This document shows positions 50,760 to 61,111 of a stretch of DNA of 64,000 bases, in pieces. Position 1 is the first letter of the stretch. Each line of letters starts with the position of its first letter. The translations under genes and the position numbers were made by a program. Source of the stretch: Thalia democratica (Eukaryota); the NCBI GenBank assembly GCA_965202585.1, contig OZ241829.1:84134001-84198000 (forward strand), in the 5' to 3' direction. Below the pieces are notes generated by a model. The model did no database searches and was not told where the DNA came from. It saw only the letters and a list, made by a program, of their open reading frames with translations.

Positions 50760-51125
50760 CTGAAGACAACGATGATGATGAAGAGATGGAAGTAGATGAG
50801 ATCGCGAAAAGACCGGCTGGCTTCATGGAAAGATCGTTTTTGAAAAAAGGCCTGTAAAGTTTTGAGAGAGTCTCGCTACTGTCTGATGCAATCCTGCATA
50901 TACGCCTACAATATCACTGATGAAACTCAGAAGATAAACTTTAAAATAATTACTGATTACTTCCAGTTCTCTGTTGAAAAGCTCAGTGAGTTTTTGGAAA
51001 ACGACGTCCACAAGTTGTCTGAAGAAAAGAAAAGTAGGGAGATGAATGGAGCTGTTGACTTTTGTGAAAACCATCGCAAAACCATCATTGAGTATATCAA
51101 AGAAAATTATTTTTGCAAGTTTTAG
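50760..51125 (+). pseudogene. ARIH1: Ariadne-domain fragment of an ARIH1-like RBR E3 ligase
   Basis: EDNDDDEEMEVDEIAKRPAGFMERSFLKK, a +1 frameshift at ~50849, then ACKVLRESRYCLMQSCIYAYNITDETQKINF...SVEKLSEFLENDV...FCENHRKTIIEYIKENY. This aligns to ARIH1 [32 protein letters not shown]...ATEVLSGYLERDI...YCESRRRVLLQHVHEGY. No RING or IBR domain is nearby. Confidence 0.72.
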
Positions 51126-54100
51126 ATAATTTACAGCAATCGTTTAGTTTAGTGCATTCCAAAGTCATTGATTTTAGTGCTGAATAAACTAGTATATTTT
51201 AATTTGCTTAGTATTATATATTATTTAAATTTTTAACTAAAAAAAAGAAAATACTTTACACTAAAGTTATATGATTAATAAAAGTAAAACTTAATTTATT
51301 CATAGTTCGAATTCCAAATAACTGTAACTATATTAATTAGATAAAATTTATATAACTAAATATTGTTATTATTAAACACTGCCCTTCCAAAAAGTAACAA
51401 CCCTTTTCTTCGAAAAAGTCAAAGTCGCGCTGAATAGTAAGAAGGATGAAATACCTAAAATTGTAGTGGAATATATTTCTATATTTTTAAAACTATAATT
51501 AATAAAGCTTAGAGTTTATAAAATTTAAATCAAACTTACTAAAAATAAAAGAAATAAGTTATAATAATTTTTATAGCTATCTAAAATTGTTTTACACTAC
51601 AATATAATGCTTTTAAACTATATCATGGTAAAATAAAAAAATTGTTGTTTTATTGTTTAAACAGACCTTAGTTATTTAACATTTTCTGTATATCAAAACA
51701 TGATTAACCTAAGTAAATATAAAATTGGTAATCTTGAAACATGGTATACAACGGTTAAAATTGGACAGAGTGTAAGCATAAAGAATTTTTTTATAAAACT
51801 TAATTACAGTAGAAGGACCAAAAAAATACCCATCTCCAACTTTTGTAACAATACTGTTAAAAAGTTTTACAGTAAAAGTAGCATTAAATTTTAACAAAAC
51901 TTTATATAGAAACCAATTAAAAGAAAATTAGTTTTCTGAGAGAAAAGTGGCTTTTTTTTGTAGGTTGATTTTCTTGTTTAAAAATAACTCAATTCTGATT
52001 TTGAAAAAAAAAAAACGGAATTTTTTATTGAATGAGAAACTAATCTTCATTTGTCTAGTTTTCCGAGTACTTTGAAAAATCTTAATTGCATAAAGTGTGT
52101 TACATCATAATCAATCTAATTTTTGTCATTTCACAAAACGTTTTACATTTCTTTATTTTTGACACAGGAAGTTTTAAGGATATGACAACTAAACTAAAAC
52201 TTTTACTAAGAATTAAAGAATTGAATGCAAATACCATAACCTGGTAATAAAAATAAATTTAAGTCAAATTATAATAAAAATCATAGATATCAAATCTCGC
52301 AGACTTATTTTTTAACTAAGCACTAAAATGAATACAAACAAAATACGTAATTAAAACAAATTATCCAGTGTTTATTAGATTTTTCAAATTTTAGCATAAC
52401 CTAGCAGTAAAAAATACTATAGTTTTTCAATTTCGAGTTTTAAAAAAACAAAAAGAAAAGATTTTAAATCATCTATGGATTTTTAAACCGCTCTGCTTTT
52501 AAAAGTTAGTTAAAATATAAATTCGAGGTATTTTAAACTAGAAATGAAAGGTTTATTAAAACGTTACGAAAGTAAAAGCTAAAAAAATTATTTAGAATAA
52601 AAGATAAGAAGTTAATTTAAATAAATGTTTAAAAAACTCTTATTATAAGCTGAATGTATGAAAGCTTCTTTAAGAATTATTTTTTTAGAATTTTATATGT
52701 GAGGTTTTTCTTAAAATAGATAAAGTTCTGTATAATTATAATTTTTAAGTGTAACTAATAAATAACATTTTTAAGTATAACTGCTTGTAAGCTTGTTTTG
52801 TTTTTTATTACGACCATTTGTTTTCCATTTAAATATAATTGATTAAAATTAATTGCTTTACACTTATGAACGATTATTTGTGATATACTAAGTTTAGTTT
52901 CGTTTATTTTTAGGTATAATACAAAACTAACGTTAAAGTAATTAAAACTTTGAAAATATAAAACGACTACAGTTGAAATAGAGTTGCGAATTGCTTAAAA
53001 TTTATTCATTTTCATTCAGTAAACTCCCATTGAAAATAAACAGAAAGTCAAAGGTTTTACAAAGTGAGCGTGGGCGATACCGCTCTCCTAGGGACGATTT
53101 TAGTAAGTTGGGGGGGCAGGAACTAGTTAAGTGGCGAAAGGGGGAGAACATTAAATTTTTGGGCGGTTTAAAAAAAAAAGGTCTTTGGTGTTTTAAGTGG
53201 AAGTCTTGTTGGAGGGGTCAAATACTCAATAGCCTATTTCATTTCATCAAAGGAGACAATTAAAAAAAAAGCTTGGGAAACACTGCTCTAGTCGAACTTT
53301 GAGTTTTTAATGCATATAAGAAAAAACACCAAATTCTAAATTTTTCAAATGTTGATTAGAGAAACACTTATTTAAAATCAAATAGTTACATCATAATCAG
53401 TTTAGCTTTTCCCATTTCACAACCTGTCTTACAATTCTTTACAGTTTGACACAGAAAATCTTACTTATAATTGGAAGCTTACAGCTAAAGCTTATTAATA
53501 TGTGAAACACATTACAGTGATTTTAATTTCAGATAGTATTTGTACACAAAAAAAACCTTTGCCAACAGAACAAATTTGAATAAAATTTAATAAGCAAGTA
53601 AAGTTTAAAAAATACCACAGTAACAAATTATTCATGTACATATTGAAGATGGACAATATTAAGTTAATAGTTGTTTGAATGATTTAAATTTATAATAACT
53701 AGGTCTTAATAGCACTAAATTATTTGTTCATTCTTGTTTTCAACTCACTTAAGCTTACTCAAGTAATTCAGAATAGTTTATGTTTTTCAAAAATCATAGG
53801 CTTTGTTTATGATACACTTAATTTTGTGCTAAAACTAAGAGTTCTGAATGAATACCATAAAGCAATATTTTGCTAATAATTATCAAAACTCTTTTAAAAT
53901 CATATTTATTTCTTTGTTTATCATAAAAGTACTCATAACATCATAATAAGTTGATTTGGCTATGAACCTTAAATTTGTCAAAACCGTTAAACTATAGCTG
54001 AAAACAATTCTCTAAATATAGTTATTTTGTATTTATATAAATTATTTCTTAAGATTAATGAACAGTCAATGGTTTTGTAATTTTTTAAAATTAATTTTAA

Positions 54101-54623
54101 TTTTTAAGTTAGTTTTTTATCACTAAGAATCCATTTTTGCTTTAAAGAGGCCTGTAGTAACTAAAACTGAATTTATACTGCAAAAAGAACAATACTAGTA
54201 TTTTTCCTTAATATATTCAACCAAATTTTATTAAATAAAAAAACCCTTTTCATATGAATGCTTTTCTATACTTAAAAAAATGTTAATACGTTCATAACTC
54301 TCAAGATTGATTAAATGACCATAAAACAGATAGTTTTGTATTTTAATAATTGGTCAGACTGGAAATTTCTGTTGTGGATCTCTGGAGCATTTCTATTGGT
54401 TTGGATCTAATCTTCTGGTTGGTGGTTTAAAACTATTTTAAACTAATATTTCTTCCTAAATTGATGATAAAAACTTGAATATTTGATAATTTTTAACATA
54501 AAATGTTGTTTAAAACTATTTTCATAGTAAAAAGTTTTAGACAAAAATTAAAGGTATTCATGAAGATAAGCTAAGAATTTTATTAATTTATAATTTTTAG
54601 CAAATAAACAGCTACAGTATTAT

Positions 54624-54969
54624 CAGGGTTGAAAAAAAAATTGTAAGCCTGAAAAAAACCATGAATATGGAAAATTTTGAAAAAAAAGGAAAAACCTGGA
54701 ATTTTAATTAACATTTACATGTTAGATAAGTTTTAAAAATTTGATTTGACACCAATAATCTTTAATAATGGTAAAAATGTTTTGTCATCATCAGTTTTTT
54801 GTTTATAAACATAGTTAAAGTAGCTTTTACAGTATCTTTTTTATGTAGTTATAACATTTAAAACAGTTAACTTCAAATTAAAAATAGACCGAAAATCATG
54901 TACTTGAAAAAACCTGAAAGAAAATCACAAAACCTGCAAGAAAGTTCTCAAAAACCAATGACAACCCTG
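54624..54969. mobile_element. hAT-like MITE (CAGGGTTG...CAACCCTG)
   Basis: 8-bp terminal inverted repeats with tattat on both flanks; related internally to 56218-56609. Confidence 0.65.
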
Positions 54970-56217
54970 TATTATACAAAAACTTAGATTCAGTTACAAC
55001 TTAATATTATCTTTTTAGGGTTTGTATTTAATGTATACTGGTAATTTGTTGATGGCAAATGAAGGGGTGAATTGTATTTTAAAAAGTCAGAGTCCGCTGT
55101 TTTATAACTAAACTGGTAGACTCCATTGTTATGATCTTTCTAAATAACTTTAGAATATTGTTTAAGTAGATATAAAAAACTGTTCCTCCCAAGTTATTAA
55201 GCAATAAATTTAAACAAATTTATATTTTAACTTATAAAAAAATAGTCAGATGAATTTTAAAATATCTGATAAAAATTTTGTTACTAGAATTTAAAAATCC
55301 ATATTATGTTATTGCCATAAACTAAATTGAATATAAACAAGTAACTTACTATTTGAAAAAACTTCTGAAATTTTGAGGACTTCAACTTTATTAACTAGGA
55401 GAAAAAAAAATATTACCTCTTTATTTTGCTTTATTCATCAGTAATCTAATGAATACTTAAATTTTAATCCACTAAATTTCTAAAGTTACTTAAAGGTTTA
55501 ATAAAAAAATGTAAATTAAAAAAAAATGAAAAAAAAAGTCTATTTGAGTTTTACTTTTTAACAGTAACATATTTTTAGTTGAAAACTTGAAAATTTCTGA
55601 AGATAAACTTTTTAATTTTTTAAAAGACTCAACTGATTTTTCCTAATTGCTTCAATATTGGGTTAGGGATAGGTTTTTAATATCGCCATTATATATCATT
55701 TGTAGTCCATAAAAAAGCTCTGAAACTCTTCAAAAACTTGATCATTTATATTGAAAAAATAAAATTAATGTAAGTGGCAGCAATTTTACTAAAAAATAAT
55801 AAGTATTTATGGCCCTGTAATGGCCTTGATGTATAAGTTTCTCTTCCAAGGTAGTACTTTAAGTTAAGACTTGCGTTTAGAAACAATCAAACAGTATAAA
55901 TAAATAATGTACTTATGCTTAATTGTTCATTCAAAATAAAAAGAAATTATGAATAAGCCTTGTACCTCTCCCAATGACCAGCAAAATAAAGCCCCTTTAG
56001 CCAACAGTTTTTCCTAATTTGGACAAACATAATTGTTAAGCAAAGAGAATAATTCTTGGTAAGTTTCGAAAAATAATAAGTTAACTGAGAGAATTAACAA
56101 ACATTTCAAAAAACATGAAGATTTTACAGCAAAGAAGCAGTAGATATGAAAAATTGTCAAAAAGGAAATTAATATAAATGGTAAATTGACTAAAATAATA
56201 AGAAGATAGATTTACAT

Positions 56218-56609
56218 CAGGGTTGCCAAAAAAACCTGAAATCCTGGAATTTGAGAAGTTTTGAACAAAAGTCACTAAAAAGCCTGGAGTTATTTTGATC
56301 AAGAATCACTAACCTGGTAAAACCATTTTCAATTTTAAATAACTTATACATTTAGTTAGTAAAATTTCAATTTGACTCAAAAAGTCTATTGTGTAGATAA
56401 GTTTTTTTGTCATCATGAAAAAAAAAAATAAAAAACACCTATGAAGTAGTTTTACAGTATGTTTTCAATTCATTTACACAACTAAAAACTGTTTTTACCT
56501 TAAACTTTACTTTAAATTAAGAATAGACCCTAAAACGTGTAATTTTATAAACCTAAAATAATTTTTGAAAAACTGGTAGAACATTTTCCAAAAACATCTG
56601 GCAACTCAG
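56218..56609. mobile_element. hAT-like MITE, same family as 54624-54969
   Basis: CAGGGTTGCCA...TGGCAACTCAG; shared internal motifs (aaacctg, cctggaattt, tagataagtttt, tttgtcatcat, aatagacc). No TSD found. Confidence 0.6.
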
Positions 56610-56848
56610 TAATGTTTATAAATAAAAAAATAAATTTTTACTGGATAAAAGGATAAATTTTAAATACTTTCTATAATATCATTATATTTTTTTGTATTTA
56701 TAAGAGAATAGTATGAACTTATTTACCAGAGTTTATTTTCTACAAGAAGTATACACAAAATTTAAAGTAAAATGATTTGCATCACTCTGAAGTTTGACTT
56801 TGAATGTTACCAAATTATTAATATTTTAGAGGTTTAATAACTTTTTAG

Positions 56849-57223
56849 GCTGGAAGTGAAGAACTTACAAAACTGGCAAACAAAGCAAGGGCGGATTGTC
56901 AACTTCTGAATGACAAACCTGAAATTTGTCGATTCTATTTGGTTTGTTTTGTTGAAATGTATATTTTAATTGATTCTTGACACATAAAATTATAATAATT
57001 TATATAAAACCTAAAACTGTGATATAGTTATAAGTGAAAATTCTATTAAACTTAAGTTATTAAATTAGTATAATGTATTGAGAGTCCAGCTGGATACACT
57101 TACTTAAACTTAAACATATTTGTATATACTTTAACTCATACAGTTTATGTCTACTATTACTGATGCCATAGCTTACAAAGCTTGAAAATTTGGGGTTGAT
57201 GCACAAATATGAGAACTGGCAAG
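56849..57223 (+). pseudogene. Possible two-exon remnant of an unidentified gene
   Basis: Exon 56849-56941 is open (AGSEELTKLANKARADCQLLNDKPEICRFYL). The second exon ends at a strong donor, AG/gtaaga (57222-57223), and has two possible acceptors (57143 or 57171). Confidence 0.35.
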
Positions 57224-57354
57224 GTAAGACTTATAGAGTTTCCAAAATAATTGTTTTCAAATTCAGCTTGATTTATTTGATAATTGTTAATAGTAAATCC
57301 AAAAAAATTCCTCTTAGTAACACCAAATTAGCGTTAAAAAATGAACTTTAAAGT

Positions 57355-57846
57355 TAAGGGCATAAGGGGGGGTAAACACCCTTTTTTGGTTTTTGATCTT
57401 ATTTTATATAGTTTTTACTAAGCTACAAGATGCTTTATACAGATTTAAAAAATTAAAATTAATTTTTGAGATATAGCCGGTCAAAGTCGGAGTCAACAAT
57501 AGGTTCCTTATGAGAGGCGCAAACTAAAATGGCAAATAACTAGAAATCACTAAAAATCTATCTCCTCCTACGTTTTTTGAGATAACTACCTCAAATTTTT
57601 AGGAAATGTTCCTTGCAGTATTTAAAAAATTCTGTCGGAACAGAATTAAAAAAAATTAAAAAATAAAAATTTTATAACAAAAAAACAAAAAAAAACTGTT
57701 TTTTTTGTTTATTTTTTATATAAAATTTTTATTTTTTATTTTTTTCAAAATTCTTTCCGACAGAATTTTCTAAATATATCAAGGAACATTTCCTAAAAGT
57801 TTGAGGTAGTTATCTCAAAAAACGTAGGAGAAGATAGATTTCTAGT
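57355..57846. mobile_element. Palindromic non-autonomous DNA element, right arm apparently cut short
   Basis: 57554-57690 is the imperfect reverse complement of 57700-57846 (ctatctcctcctacgttttttgagataactacctcaaa / tttgaggtagttatctcaaaaaacgtaggagaagatag). It ends where the Naiad 3' end begins. Confidence 0.7.
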
Positions 57847-57859
57847 AAAATAGTCTTGC

Positions 57860-58990
57860 ATTCTAACATATTTATATGAATATTAATTTATTCAATGGCA
57901 ACAAAGTTTCACCCAACAAAGATCTTCAGGCCTGCAAAATAAAAGATAAGACAATGAATAACTTATAATAAGTACAAAACAGTTTATATAATCATATTTA
58001 AAAAATTTACAAAAATCAGTACGTCACTTTAACATTGTTGTGCAAGTGAACAAAAAATAATTAAATAAACAAGTTTTAAAAGTAGAAATCTCTTAAGTGC
58101 AGACAAATATAAAATAGTTTTTGTCTTTTATTAAAATTTTGTTTTTTGTCAGCAAGTGATATCTCAATTTTTTCCAGGTTGCAGGTTTTACAGATCTTAC
58201 ATGCATTCTTTAAGTCTCTAATCTTATGCATTTAATTTTCCTTTTAAGTTCGTACCATTAAAATTTGTACCATTTAAGTTTATGTTGTATTTTAATTTCT
58301 ACATGTACTTAAAAAGTTATGTTCCTTTGTTATTTTTATTTCTTATGTCACTACTGTATGCGTACCATCTCTTTTTGTTAACCTGTGGATCCTATGTACT
58401 TCTTGGTTTCGTTCTGAGTAGTGATTATTGCATTGTATACCACATACTCCCACAAACACTTACTATTTTATGGGCTGGAATCTTTACTGCGGCAGTTGCA
58501 CATATTACTCTCATTATCTTTTCTTATTAATCATTTTACTTAGTACCTTTTTGTTGTGATGACTAATTAATGATTTAACATTTTCCATACAGCAGTACAA
58601 TACTTTGCACTTGTATCTGTTAATAATATTTTTTATGCTCTTCTTTTTAAAATTTTTATCAACTAGATCCAAGAACTTTTTTCCAATGTTAGTTTTAACT
58701 GATTGGCAGTATTTGAAGAACATAACTTTTCTTGAGAAAAAGTTGGGAATAACTGGTCTCATCTGATTGTCCGTTGTTGAATTTACTTCTAATATAAGTA
58801 TTAGACGCTTTTAGTCTTTCTAAAATATATTCTAATTGATTCTTTAAAACAATTGAGTTTTAAGTCACATTTTCAAAACTTTGTATTTCAAATATTAGTT
58901 TTCTGCAGATTAAATGCTTAAATGATTCTAAAAAGATTTTGAATTACAGCTTTATCAAAATTTAAAGCATACTAATGTAATATTGTTAAA
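57860..58990 (-). mobile_element. Decayed Naiad-type PLE (RT thumb/linker, GIY-YIG, 3' UTR)
   Basis: RKVMFF...VKTNIGKKFLDLVDKNF...CKVLYCCMENVKSLISHHNKKVL (58514-58762), then MCNCRSKD...CL..VVY....KKYIGSTG and C.TCNLEK with stops and frameshifts. Confidence 0.8.
57885..57945 (-). ncRNA. Minimal type I hammerhead ribozyme, canonical core
   Basis: GGC-CUGAAGA-U(short stem II)U-GAA-AC UUU GU-U-GCC, with a UUUAUU/AAUAAA extension. It lies in the 3' UTR of the Naiad remnant, the expected position. Confidence 0.7.
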
Positions 58991-60929
58991 TCACTAATGC
59001 ACAACTTTAAAGTTGTTGTCAAAGTTGTTTTAAACAAAACTTTGCAAATTCAACTTTGACTCCTCTCTTGACCAGCAAAAATTTTATTTATGTATGATAT
59101 TTTTTAATGTATATACACATAAAGCAGATAGCTAAAGAATGTTGAGAGAATTTCATAAACATATCTATTATAAAATTTTTGTTTTTTTTTTCAAACATTA
59201 TTTTCTTATGCCTAAAAAATGTCGTTTTTAAACTCTCCTCTTTTTGAAGGAGTACATGTTTTTACTTCTTTTTTGTATTTTTTTGTAAAAACGATAAAAA
59301 TCATCTTGAAACTTAAAAAAACTCTTTAAAATAAGATCAACTTGTAAAAAACATGGCTAAACCCCCCTCCCCTATGGCCTTAACATCACATATATTTTTA
59401 TAGCAAACTCTAAAATTTTTTTCATCAAGGCACAAATTTCTTCTTATTTTAGGTTTTAACTCTTTTGGTGCTAAATGTAAATAGAGGAATTTAGTTAGGT
59501 TACTACCTTTTTTGAGCTCGTTCTCCCATTTTGTTTTACCTCAATGTCTAATCCTAGACCACTCTCTGATGTCTTTTCCGATTTAGGCCTAAATACTCTA
59601 CCAAAATGACCATCTTTTGTGAGTAAAAACTCTTTCAAGGACTGATATAATTTATTCTTCCACTCAGTTATAGCCTAATAGTTTTTGATGTCTTTTGTAG
59701 GCCATACTGCCGTTAATATTTTGTAGTTGTCATTTAGGTTGTGAATGTCGTTAACCTTATATGACTTCCATTCATGTTTCCATGAAGAACTTGCTGCAAG
59801 GCTAGCCTGAATTCCGTCTGACGTTTGTTTTTCTTAAGATATTTACCCAACTGGATTTCAAAGATTTTCTTCTTCCTAATTTTATTTAATAAACTCTTGT
59901 TGTTTGTAACTGAGGAATCGCGTTCATGTCTTTTAGTATGAGAATGAGTTTTCAAGATGCTATGTTTTGGAAGAACCTCTATTTTGCATCACTTGCAATA
60001 TGCTTTTGTACTATTGAGTTGGAGCAATCCAGTATATAAAGTAAAACAATTCTACACATATTTGACTTAACACTTTTTACTAATAACACCTTAAACATAC
60101 TAAAAACAACTGAGCATAAAATCAGTTGTTCTTTTTATAATTATAACGCTTGAATTTAAGTTAAATAACTAAAATAAATACTTAACTTTTATTCCAAAAA
60201 TGTGTTATAATAAACAAAAACAAACAATTTAGTTAACGTAATCATTACATACGTACACTTGAAATGCATATTTTAAATAGTTTTTGTGTTTTTACAAGCT
60301 CATTTCAGGGTTGCCAATATGTTAATCTAAAAAAAAACGTCCCTGAGTAACTAACTTAAACTGTCATGATTCACTACTGAAATTTATTTAGGCAGCTAAA
60401 TTGAAACTTTTCCAGACCTGGAATTAAATTATTTTATAAAGTTTAAGAAAAGGTAAATTCTATAATGGTATAATTCAACGAATCTAAATTGATCCAGAGA
60501 GCATCCTTCAATTTGCATAAATTATCTGATTACTTATACTGAGTTTGGGCAGTGACATCATTCAACCTATTGATAAACAAGGTTTTTGTTGCTCAACATT
60601 TTCTGATAATCCAAAAATGCAAATAGCATTACACATCAAAGCTTTCTAGAAACAAAGGAACAAGTAGCTGAATATAACATTTTTTCTTTTCTATTGAGAT
60701 TTAAACAATAAATTTCTAGAGAGCTTCACACTTGAGTAGCCTTTATGCAATTAAGACAAAAGTTATATTGAGTTTATTACTTAACAATTGTTTCACGCTA
60801 AAGCGATGGTCACAAGTAAACAAACTAACAAGTTGCAATAGACAAACACTTTATATTTTGAGAACATTATAAGAACATAGAAAATTCATAGTAATCATAG
60901 AACATAGTAAATTCGTTATTGCCACTTTC

Positions 60930-61111
60930 TCTTTTTCAGGGTGGGCTAATTGATGGTTTTTTAGATTTGAAAATAAATCCTCACCAGCTTGATTGTTTTG
61001 TAAGAGTTCTACCTCTCCAATAATTTTTAAGATAAATCCTGTCCATAAAGGAACATTAGGAGCCCACTGTCTTAAAAAATATCTTACAAATAGTGGACAA
61101 AAAAAAATCAA
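60930..61111 (-). mobile_element. MULE/NOF-like transposase catalytic-Glu region
   Basis: YFLRQWAPNVPLWTGFIL...NNQAGEDLFSNLKN resembles the NOF-type PLWS...N..VE..F..LK motif. Confidence 0.5.

Noticed and set aside
57155-57200. Hammerhead look-alike CTGATGCCAT-AGCT/AGCT-TGAAA
   Set aside because: The core has a 2-nt insertion, stem I does not form, and there is no PLE context on that strand.
58030-58560. Selenocysteine recoding, known in some Naiad PLEs
   Set aside because: No TGA was seen at conserved Cys positions in either GIY-YIG copy; the stops checked in the decayed copy are TAA-type decay.
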